A stretch of 64,000 nucleotides of DNA, from positions 28,336,001 through 28,400,000 of the forward strand of contig CM052818.1 in the NCBI GenBank assembly GCA_028534125.1. Reading direction: 5' to 3'. Below the pieces are notes generated by a model that saw only the letters and a list, made by a program, of their open reading frames with translations, was not told the origin of the DNA and ran no database searches. Within the stretch, counting starts at the first letter, position 1, and each line of letters starts with the position of its first letter. This DNA is from Lama glama. Its lineage: Eukaryota. The position numbers were made by a program, and so were the translations under genes. Below, piece after piece: positions 26,263 to 37,440 of this stretch.

Positions 26263-27342
26263 AACATGCATAGAAAGAGTCCCTTATGTGGAGCAGACAT
26301 GCTGGGCATTTTGAAAGCTGAGGATAATTTTAAAAACCAGCAAAATTTTTAAAACTCACCATTAATGTAAGATACATAAGGAAACAGCAGATCACTTCTA
26401 GGGGAATTTGAAGCCTGTGGTGCATTAGAGGTAACTATAGCAACAACAAATACTAAATCTCAACTCAATTTCTGAATATCCTGATTCAGTATCCCAAAAC
26501 AAATAGAAGAGGTGTTTCTGGGTATAATTAATATTTACCTCCACCTCTGATATACCTTAATATACACCTGGCATTGAATAAATCATAAGACACACAATAA
26601 AAATTTCAAAAAGTGACCCAATGTGAAAACATGCAGTGGCCAACAAAACCAGACCAAAAGATGATATGTATGTTGCAACTTTCAGGCAGGGATTTAAAAA
26701 GATCTATGTTAAAGGAATTAGTAGAAAATAAGGCCAACTTGTATGTTGAATTTCACTAGAGAAATGCAAACTATAATAAATGTTTGAAATAGTAATTCTG
26801 GAATTAAGAACAAAATATTAGAGATAGAAAATTGTTTCAAAAGGTTTATCAATGCACTGGAAATGACAGAAAAAAAATCAGTAAATTCTAAGATAAGTCA
26901 GTAGAATTTACCCAAACAAAAACAAAAACATTAAAAAAAAGACAAAAAAAAAAAAAGATAGATAGAACGGAGTACATTCCAGACCTGTCGGGCAATATCA
27001 AAGATTCTATTTGTGTAAATTGGAATGCCAGAAGTGAAGTGTGAAGGAAGGGTAGGAAAAGTGTATTTTAATAATGGCCAAGTTTTTCCAAATATGATAA
27101 AAATTATAAAAACAGAGACTTAAACCATGAAATATGAAGAAAACTAAATCACGACACACAATAATCAACTATTTTCAGTTTTAAAAGTCAGAGAAAAACA
27201 GATGTAAGATGTAAAGAGGGACAAAGATAAGAAATTCAGTGGACTTTTTATCAGAAGCCAGGCAATGGAGGAGATAATGGAGCAGTATTTTAAAGTGCCA
27301 ACCACAATAATAATAATGATAATTAAAAAATAAAAATCTTTC

Positions 27343-27795
27343 TGAGGTGGAAATCACAAAGGAGGCTGTAAGATGGAGTGGCTTGTGAGGTGGAAGAAAG
27401 GGTACATGAAAACAGAAGCCAGAAGCAGCAGCCAAAAAAAAATGTGGGGAAGCTGGGAAAATGCTGTGTTTGTGGTGACTAAGACGAGGTCAAACAATTG
27501 CACTCTGGATTGAGCAACATGGGAGTCACTGAATAGGCCAATTATGATGGAGTCTTAAGTCCAGCCTAGGTGTTGATAAGGAAAATGAATGTGAATGACA
27601 GAGCACAGAGACACTCTGACATCCAAGCTCCATGATGGCAGACATTTTATAGTTAATACTTCTTTTGGTTCTCCAATGTCTAAAATCTTATGTGGCATAG
27701 ATAAAATGGGTGCCCCTGGAGATGAGTATGACATTAGGGTAATTTCCATTTTCTGGCAATTATGAATAAAGCATTTTTAATTTAAAAAATAAAAT
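27343..27795 (+). pseudogene. Retroposed non-coding transcript 3' end (processed retrocopy or orphan transduction) inside L1 ORF1
   Basis: 16-bp perfect TSD aaaataaaaatctttc at 27327-27342 and 27796-27811; AATAAA at 27765-27770; A-tail from 27784; TT/AAAA target site. Confidence 0.8.
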
Positions 27796-28222
27796 AAAAT
27801 AAAAATCTTTCAACATAAAATTCTATGCTCACAAAAAATATATTCTCATAACAAAGATCAATTAAAAGCTTTGTTAGGTATATAGAAGATTAAATAATTT
27901 ATAGAAAGGCAGAAGGAAAATGATACCAGTGGAAGCCTAGAATTAGACAAAACAAGACAAAACAAAGCCAAAAAAAAAAAAGAAAAATGGAAAAAAGAAA
28001 TGCACTGAAATAGTAATATGTGAGTAAATGTTACTTTTTTCTAATTTTGACTATTTAATGCAGAAATAATACTAATGTACTGGGTGGTGGTAACTAATGT
28101 AGAAATAAATGACAATAGTAAGAAACTAATGGGAGAAATAAAATGGAAATAGAATATTGTAGAGTTCCTACGCTATACATAAAGATGTGTGATAGTATTT
28201 GAAGGTTGTCTGTAATAAAGAT

Positions 28223-28223
<1 letters not shown>

Positions 28224-28253
<30 letters not shown>
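28224..28253. repeat. (CA)n microsatellite
   Basis: Seen directly. Confidence 0.97.
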
Positions 28254-28256
<3 letters not shown>

Positions 28257-30229
28257 TGCAGATCTGAGGATATCTACTAACAAAATGGAACTCTAGAAAC
28301 AATAAACAAGTGTAAAGTTAACATACAATTATAAATAATGACTAATAGAATTTAGACCAAAAAAGAGGGAAAATTTTGCATAGAATACATGAGAAAAAAT
28401 AAAATAATTAAGGTGGTAATTTACCATATCAATAAGTATATGGGTATGAGCTTAAAATACTCTAACACTTCAGTTATAAAACAGAGATTGTTAGTTTGAA
28501 AATAAAAGCAAAACCTTGACTAAATAATGTCTATGAAAACCTACTATAAATATAAAGATCAAAATAAATTAAAAATAAAGACGGTAATAGCTATGCCATG
28601 CAAACATTAATTAAAGGAAAGTTGGAGTGGTCATGTTAATACACACAAAAAAGATTCATTTCAGAACAAGGAAAATTACCAGGGAGAAAGAATAACATTA
28701 CATACTGATAAAAGGATCTAGTCATTAAAAAGGCAAACAAATCCTAAATGTGTATGCACCTAACATAAAAAGCAGATCAGAAAGAAGAAAATAATAAAGA
28801 TATCAGCAAAAAGCAGTAAAATAAAAAACTGAAAAGGAAAAAAAAAATCAATGAAAACAAAAGATTTTATTTCAAGAAATAAAATTGATAAAATTCTAGT
28901 AACTAATCATGTAAGCAAGAGAGAAAACACAAAGCATCAATTTCAGAAATAAAGGACAGGACACACCATACATCATACAAACATAAAATGGATAATTAGG
29001 GATAAACACAAATACCTTATTCGAATAAACATGTTAACCTGGATAAAACAGACTCCTTGGAAGACTTAAATTAGTATAGCTTACTCAAGAGAAAATAGAT
29101 AAATAACAGAATAGCTCTATATTTTAATAGAAATTAAATTATTGGTAATAAGTAACTTCCACATAGAGAACTTGGGCCCAAATGATGTCACTGATGAACA
29201 TTACTAAATATTTAAGAAAGAAAAAACAAAAATAACTTTACACAAACATTTTCAGATAATAGGATAGAAAGGAATACTTACCTAGCCTTTTAATGACATT
29301 ATTTTTCATGACATCAGAAAAATTACGTAACAAGCAAATAAAACGTTATTTAGAATAATATTCCTTATGAATTTTTAATTGTCAAAACTTTCAATTGTAG
29401 CACTTAAAATCTGTGCATATCAATGCATGTAAATTGATACCTCAAATTTTTAAAAAATCACACTGGAGAAAGACAGTACATAACTTATAACATTCCTTAG
29501 CATGAAATACATCATATAAACTTATACACTTTTAGTTTAAAAGGAGAAATGGCAACATGAGTACAGTTCACTATTTTATTAACAAGAGCAGTGACACAAA
29601 AGAATATGGAACTTGATAACCTGATGCATAATAAGATATTTTCAATGAGTAAATGGAAATATTACTGACTTCTTTTTTCCTTCTACCAAATGCCACTTCC
29701 TTAACAAATTTCTTAATATAAATACTGGAATAGAATATGTTTCAACATCTTTCACATTTAGTTTACTTAAAAACGGAATTTACTGCAATAAAGTACAAAA
29801 ATTCCCATTGCCTGCAAGTAACTGAGTAACTTCCCTATATTCTGGAGATTTCCTGACAGTAGTGTACAATACAAGATGCAGAACGTATAGGATAAATTCA
29901 ATTAGATGATGGTCCTTTGGGCTGTCCAGAAAATGTATTCATGTCTTCTCTTACATATTTTTAAAGTAGTTTCATTAGGGATTTCAATGGTTCAACTTTG
30001 AGTGCTTTATTATCATAACATTATCTTCATGAAAAGGAAATCTAACTTACTTATTTCAAAACAATTTGTAATTTTAAATTGTCTTTTTTCCTCCAAACAG
30101 CTCAGGTACTTTACTATTTCATTAAACATGATGGATCTATTTTAGTCTGGAAGATACAAATGATGACCTTCTATGATTACAGGAAATGGTCATAGAGGAC
30201 CAGAGAATGTCTCATTCTTCCTATTCTCC

Positions 30230-30510
30230 ACTCAAGCCAGACATTTGTGTAATGCTATTCTACTCAAGCTGATCTCATTGCCTTTTGAAAGATCTTTTGC
30301 TTTTCCTTGGTGAACCCGTAAACATCTTTTAAGATCTCAATGTCAATTTTTCTGTGAAGCCTGTCTGACAACTCTACAACCCCCAAACCAGGAAGAAAAT
30401 TCCTCTCTGCCCTGCTCTACCAGATCGCTTTGTATGCAAATGTTATCACTTAGGATATTTCATTTAGCTGTTTGTTTATCTGTCTATCTTTGTGTTACAC
30501 TATAAGCCAC
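30230..30510 (+). mobile_element. L2 fragment
   Basis: atcttttaagatctcaatgtcaa...tctgtgaagcct...tgtttatctgtct...cactataagcc. Confidence 0.55.
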
Positions 30511-31604
30511 ATCTCATAACCACATCCATAGAGTATCTGAAAGAGTTTAGTAATCAAACTAGTGAATTCTCCCACTGAATATCTTCTCATTCCATCCCCC
30601 ACTACCATCTTTTATATTGTCATTGGTAGCAACCTTGCCCTACCTTTCACTTGCGTAAAAACAACTATTTGTAATTTTAAAAGACCGGCTGCTTTCAACT
30701 ATCATTATATGTGTCTGCTGTATAACATTATTAATTGACATGGTTCCCTTATCTCCCAGTTCTGTATAATTTTATCCATTTTTTCTCCATGAAATATGGG
30801 TCAATTTTTCTTAAGTCTTAATAAAAGCATTATATACCTTTTACTTAGTTTTATTTTTCTCAATTTCAAAAAGTGATCTCAGAAAGAGAATATATGTATT
30901 ATTTAGACACACATACCAGAAAGAGCACAAACACATAAAGGCAATTTTTGGTTAAGATCCCAAACAGGTTATTATTCAGTAAAACAAGTAGAATTCTTTC
31001 CAGAATGTGACTATGTTCCTGCAAAGGGAATGTTCCCTGGAGGAAATGCCATTTCCCCCAACTCCCTAATGCACCCATTTCTCAGACACATTTCAATGTG
31101 AGTGACACTGAAAAATCCATGCTTGAGGATGGTAACTAAATGAACTTCTGAAATCTGTGTTGACTTCAAAAACTAACTAAAACCGCTCCAACTGAATGGG
31201 CTTATTCACGGACAATTTGTCTGTATTTTTAGCTATATCAGGTCAATGGCAAGAAAAGCCAAAATTAGCATGTGAAATGACAGAAATATTTGGCAAAATG
31301 CAACCAGTAATTTTATTTTCCTTGATTCCTCCAACATATTAAGGATGTTATGCACTGGGAGTGGATAAATAAGTACTTCTGAGAGCTTTTCTTCCCAGCT
31401 GGCTGGCACTCTACAAGCCCTGGAGCTATGACAAAGGATTTAAAACAAATAAAATCAACTCTGACAGAACTAACAACAATGATGAAAAAGACAAACTTTC
31501 CTGTATTTTCATATTGTCCTGGCTAAAACTGTCACTTAAGTGTCCAAACAGCTGTGCCTACGTAGGGTTGCCAGCTGACCAAAAGTAAATCTGCTCATAA
31601 GAAT

Positions 31605-31693
31605 TATATGTATATATATATGCATGACTGGGACATTATGCTGTACACCAGAAATTGACACACTGTAACTGATTATACTTCAAGAAAAAAAAA
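31605..31693 (+). mobile_element. Very short L1 3' terminus with poly(A) and TSD
   Basis: gcatgactgggacattatgctgtacaccagaaattgacacactgtaactgattatacttcaa plus A-tail; TSD aagaat at 31599-31604 and 31694-31699. Confidence 0.9.
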
Positions 31694-31849
31694 AAGAATC
31701 AGTCCACCAGAAATCTAACTGAGGGCTTTACTATAGGTGAGTTTAAGTTATTTTTTGCATATCTCTGTCTCTTTATAAGACAGCCTATTTCAGTTATCTA
31801 TGAGGAATTAAATAATTTCACACTATAACAGTAGTAGTAACAATAATAA

Positions 31850-32070
31850 TAATTGTTATAATTTATTAAACATGATGAAATAGACACTGTTGTACACGCT
31901 CTATAAATATTACTACATTTAATCTCATATCAACCCTTTGATGCCCGTACTATCCATAAATCTATTTCAGAGGAAATTTATTAAATGATCTAAAGTCACT
32001 TAGCTGACAAGAACTGGCACAAGGATTCGAATCTGGCCAGTCTGATTGGAAACCATACTCTCAACCAAAA
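31850..32070 (-). mobile_element. MIR SINE
   Basis: catttaatctcatatcaaccctttga...ggattcgaatctggccagtctga...ctctcaacca. Confidence 0.75.
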
Positions 32071-33339
32071 GTAAACTACAGCAGTAACTGTATTTCCCAA
32101 TATCTTCAACTCTCACCCATAGGCTTGATAAATTGTTCTTTCCTTTAAGTATTGTAACTTAGCAAATTCTTGAATACAGCTTTCATCCTAGAGAGGGGAA
32201 GCAGACTTCCCTAACGCCAAGTAGAAATTAGCTCTTGAGTGTTTTCATGGGTGTTGTCATGGCTGTGCAGGCCTTTCTATGATAGAGGTGGGAGGCTTCT
32301 GGAGAACCCCAGAGCCAGAATCCATATGGCTCTTTTGTGCCACGGCCAGTTGTGTCACAAATAAGTATGAGGCAGGTGAATTCACTTATTTCCCTTCGAG
32401 TGACTTCCATCTTGTTCTCACATAAATAACAAAAGACATTTCAATGTCCAGTCCAGGTGGGAAAATCCAAGGATTTCCCTGTGGTTCCTTGGAGGTTGTA
32501 GGTTAAGAACAGGGTAAGAAAAAGTATGGAAAGAGAGGGAAAAAAAGCAAAAACAAGGGCTCCCAAATGAGCATCACTGCACTAACACAGAACACATTTC
32601 CTAGATTTCACAGCCAAAAAAAATCTGGCAAGCACATAAATTTCTATATTATTCCAATCAAGTGGCAGTAAATGGATAGCTAGCTATTTCTCACCAAAAA
32701 TGGCAATCATGCTCTGGCCCTGAGAGATAATACACAGTCCTGAACTACACCATCGTTTCAGCTGCCTCACAATAATTGATGTACATTAAGCTATTATCAT
32801 TGTGAAAGAAGTGATTACAATTTTTTCCCCTGTGGCAAATCTAAAAACCTACAGAAGAAAATCATTGGCTTGTCTAGGTGTAAAAGCCATTACCTTTGTT
32901 GTCAGCATTTGAGACACAGACCAGCTGGTTTTCAAAACAGTTAAGACATTTAGGATACATGCAATGAGATTAGTCCTACTTGCTGGCAATGTATTACTCT
33001 GTTTATTCATTTTAATGATCCTATAAAAGAAAATGAGATATGATTCTAGTGCAGAACAAGGAAAGGGGTTTGTAAAGGCAAGTGTCATATTCCTTAGAAG
33101 CAGAATGTGAATCTGGTGAGTGCAAGATTAGCCAGAGGCAGCTGTCTTCTGTACAGCCTGGGAACCAAGCGGATTGGAAAGCGACCCTTCCTAGCAGGTA
33201 TCTTTTGTAGCCCTGATCTGGTCAATACGGGGACTCATCTTTGATGGAGAAATCTGTGATCACTGCTTTTGGATAATGCTTAACTCTATCTGCCTTTGTT
33301 TTAAAAATTGAACCACATAACAATTAGAGACTTAGGCTA

Positions 33340-33600
33340 TAAAGACTTTTATACAGTATTTAATTCAAACTTCAACCCCAGGGCAGGTATCTTCCAGAAT
33401 AATCCTGATCAATGGCTTTCTGGTATCTGGTTGAATACTGTTGTTAATGAATCAGCTTTACTTTTGGAAGCATCCTTATCAATATATGGATCTTTCTAAT
33501 GGTTGTAATATCTTCCCTTAAACTGGGTAGAAATTCATGTCACTCAAATATCTGTTCGATCAGTTCCAATTCTTTTTAAGCCTTCCATATTAATTTCAGT
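33340..33600 (-). mobile_element. CR1/L3 LINE fragment
   Basis: atcctgatcaatggctttctggtatctggttgaatact...ctaatggttgtaatatcttcccttaaactgg resembles the L3 3' region. Confidence 0.5.
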
Positions 33601-33648
33601 TCTTTGTGCTTTACCTATTCCTACTTTGAATGCACCAAACATAACATG

Positions 33649-33751
33649 CTTTGGATTTTTCTTTCAAGAAATATTATTTACCCATTTAAGAAGAACATAT
33701 GATCCTTTAGATTCTTCTTCCAAGAAATATCATCTACCGGTTTAAGAAGAA
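33649..33751 (+). repeat. Diverged direct duplication of a ~47-bp unit, period 56
   Basis: ctttggatttttctttcaagaaatattatttacccatttaagaagaa vs ctttagattcttcttccaagaaatatcatctaccggtttaagaagaa. Confidence 0.85.
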
Positions 33752-33769
33752 AATTATTGTAGAATATAT

Positions 33770-33920
33770 AGTAGACACTGGGGATGCTATAGTGAATAAG
33801 AGATATGATGTGTTATAGGGTTTATAGCTTAATGGGGTTACAAAGAAATAGCTTTACAAATGATGATAAAATGCCCTAGGTGCTATGATAGCACTCAGAA
33901 GGGACAGCTAATTAAGCCTA
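33770..33920 (-). mobile_element. L2 fragment
   Basis: agacactggggatgctatagtgaataagaga...tttatagcttaatgggg. Confidence 0.6.
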
Positions 33921-35600
33921 GCACTTCACATGTTCTTCTTGTGTGTGGTTTATTGGTCTCTTACGAATCCAGATACATTCTAAGTTGTCAAAGGTCTCCA
34001 TTTTGAGAAGTAGTTAAAAATAATATAATACTGCAATATGAAAGTACCCTTTACCTTAATTGAACACTGTAGTATATTTTATTGAAGTAGCCTAAAAATT
34101 AGTTTTCTTTTACAACAATGCCTTTTTACTATGAATCTGTATTCAATTATATCTATGTTGCCATGCATATATTCTACTATGTATTCAAATTCAGATTCTA
34201 AATAACAACATTTATCTTTGTTTAAGTTGTCTTATGGATTTACGTCAAGAGATACAACCAACTGGACATTTTTCTTTTATTATACTAAATATTAATTTTA
34301 TATTCCATTTTTAAATGACCAGTACCACCTCCCATGATGTTATCTATTATAGGATTAAAGACCAATAGTCCCACAATTAATTTTTGCATTTTTTTTATCC
34401 TTTTCTGCCTTTTTTTCCCAATGCTTTTCTACGCCATGGATATAAATAGTACAATGAACATTTAAAGACCTAAATATGGGACTGTCACTCAAATCTGAAT
34501 ATATACACAAATATGAAAACACAGATTGTTTTTAAAAGATCAAATTGATAGAGACGATGATAACAACAATAACAAAGATAAATAATAGTAATAAAGCTAT
34601 TTTCCAGCCTGTTTTGGAAATCTGATTACTGAAAAATTATTACTATTATTTAATGCTTTGCCTTGATATTTTAAACATATTTTCTGAAACATTTCCATAG
34701 ATCCTTCTGTGCTTCCACCTATCCATAGGATTAATTGAGGCCAAATATTATCATTCTTATTTCATAAATAAAAGCTGAATCATGAAATATCAAAAAGCCG
34801 AAGTCATAGAGTGGTAGTAGAGCCAGGACTAACAATCACACTTCTGACATCCAGTAGCCTTTAAATAGACTCTAGCATAACCAAAACTTAAATATATGTG
34901 ATTATATGCCTAGAAGCAAAATCATTACCTTCAGTTTTCTTATTACTGACAATTCCATGCCATTGGCTAATGATAAAATAATAGCTCAAAAGCAAACAAT
35001 ATCCACTGCTAACTCAAGTGTTATATGATTGAGAGAGTATACAGTGAATTTAATTATGACAGATTTTAAGCAGAGAATAAAAACAACTAATGTTTGCAAA
35101 CTTCAGCAGGTATAAATTCCGAAGTTTCAACTTGGTCTACAATGTACAAAGCATAATGAACTTTGTATTTCTTGGCAAAATTTTCTTCGTTAATAAAAGT
35201 TAATCATTCCTTAAATAAAGCTATGTGAGCACTTCAACGTACTATAAAGGAGTCAAACCATCTCAATTTTCACACTTTACTTTTGCTCCTTTCTAATAGG
35301 AGAACTATAAACTTGGACTTTCAATAAAATCAGAGCGTTTGATGTGGTCATTTATTTTTAAAAGGCATTCTATAGCACACCAATTGCTGAATCTAGAAGC
35401 TCTCCATTGATATTCCATTTAATAAACTAGCAAGCCAGACACATTTATTTTAAAGTTCAAGTTTAATTAAAAGATAAGACTACAGTGACAGAATGGCAAG
35501 GGAAGAGGGATGTTGAAATTTTTTGTTTATTATTGCAGAGCAGCTGCTTTTATTTTTAACTAATCTCCATTAATGTGAAATCAAAAGGCAGCACTTCTTC

Positions 35601-35644
35601 TAAGGTTTTCGTATTTCCCTTGTAAGGTTTTCGTATTTCCCTTG
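35601..35644 (+). repeat. Perfect tandem duplication, 2 x 22 bp
   Basis: taaggttttcgtatttcccttg repeated twice. Confidence 0.97.
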
Positions 35645-35774
35645 TTACCTGCTTCCCGCAGGAAATGACTATGCATTTTCTCATTCTGGGTTGAAATCAT
35701 GAATGAGCCCTTTACTGTCTAGATGAAAAATTCTGAGAAGTAGTTGTCAGAGAGTTTACTGTTGAAATTAAAAC

Positions 35775-35945
35775 ACATTCATTTCTTTAATCAGCAATAT
35801 TTGCCAAGCACCTACTAGCCTCTTTTTAGGTTTTGGGGTGTTAAGCAGTGAATAAACAGACCAAAAAAAAAAACAAATCAAGCAAACTTGCAAATTAAAA
35901 AAACAAACAGAAAATCCTGCCTTGCTGGAACTTACTTTATGATGA
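35775..35945 (-). mobile_element. L2 3' fragment
   Basis: cattcatttctttaatcagcaatatttgccaagcacctact...cagtgaataaacagac. Confidence 0.7.
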
Positions 35946-36599
35946 ATATGCATTTCAGACTCAAGTAAAACTACATATAAGTATTAAACATTTAAGACTA
36001 ATAGAGGGTTCGAAAAAAATTAATTGATCATATTTTTAAAGATTATGTTTGGATATCTATAATTTGTTCAAATTTTTCAGTACCTGCCTTTAGAACAAAG
36101 ATAAGGAAGGACTTAGATTGGTGCAGGAGAAACAGGAAGAAGGAGAAAGCTGCAGGGTAGAGACAAGGGTCAGTAAGATGTGCCAGGAGAAACTAGCTCA
36201 CCATTACCAGGCTCTCCCAGAGTTTTTAGTGAATGAGCCAAATGCTCTTGGAAGCTCCTGAGTTGCCTCATGGCCTGCTCCTTTCCTGAAGTGTTCAAGA
36301 TACGGATTGAAAAGAAAAATTAAAACTATGAAAACAGCCTTGTATGTATCTCTGAGCCCATATGTTCCTTAAGTATAAAAAATATATACAGCACATGTAA
36401 GAGAATTTCTTTTTGAGACATACTACATTTTCTATTAATATTAAGATCAAAATATATACAAAAACCCCTTCTAAAAGAATGCCAAATTTATAAATTTTTT
36501 AAATCTATGGATTCATGATGGGAAAAGAATCCATTAAAGGAGAAAAAAATTTAGTCTTATTCACAGTATATTACAACAGCAAAGAAGTTATCCACAGAC

Positions 36600-36810
36600 C
36601 ACTCACTAAAGTGTTTTTACAAATAAAATCTCATTTGCTCTTCAGTACATGCTCTGAAATCATTATTATTTCATGCTCATCATTCTACACATGAATCCCA
36701 AAGCTAACTGATCGAATGGCTTACTCAGGTTGATATAACTAATCAATATCCAAGTCAGAATTCAAAACTCAGGTATAAACACCTCAAACCACATGGGATT
36801 TCCACTGAGC
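36600..36810 (-). mobile_element. MIR SINE
   Basis: ctaaagtgtttttaca...atctcatttgctcttcag...gtcagaattcaaaactcagg. Confidence 0.55.
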
Positions 36811-37274
36811 AATACAGCTTTTCAATCAACTGATCAAACACAGAAGCTTTTGTTAAATATAAAACATATTCTTTTAGACAATTTGAATATTAAAGATAGC
36901 TATCTCCATAGCTTGTCCTATTAAAAATTTTAGGTGCCAATGCATTCTGATCTGTAGCTTCCCCTGGAACTAAAGAGAAACTAAGACAAGTAATTCAAAA
37001 TAGCATATCACTTGGGCAAATTATACTTTATAAGTTCTTAGACAGCAGGTGTGCTTTTATTGATGTTTACTGAGCCTTGTAGGACACTTGACAATTGCGA
37101 GGCTTCCCTGGCCATTTTGGCTCATTGTTTTGTAATCACAAGGGACCACAATGTAATATGGGCTTGCTCTGCCTTTAAGCAACAAGCTCTTTACCAGAAG
37201 TTTAACAGAAAGCTGAAGCAGTAAAACTGTGAATGCAGAAAAGTCTAGATTCCCTGTGATGAGGTTAAGAGGCA

Positions 37275-37440
37275 GTAGGTGTGGGGTTAAGAGACAGGCT
37301 TTGAAGTTATCATGCATGAATTCTTATCCCCATTCTTGTACCTACGGACCATAAAAGAGTAGAAAGTTTACTTTCTCTAGGCTGCAATATTCTCTAATGA
37401 TAATAATAATAATGCATAAATCGTAACATCATGATGGTTA
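37275..37440 (+). mobile_element. MIR SINE
   Basis: gtggggttaagagacaggctttgaagtta...ataataataat. Confidence 0.5.

Larger units (their letters stand above)
26330..29458 (+). mobile_element. Old L1M element: 5' region, ORF1, start of ORF2, large deletion, 3' terminus
   Basis: ggggaatttgaagcctgtggtgc 5' motif; endonuclease-region motif atcctaaatgtgtatgcacctaac; 3' end cacttaaaatctgtgcat...atgtaaattgatacctcaa plus A-run. Confidence 0.75.
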
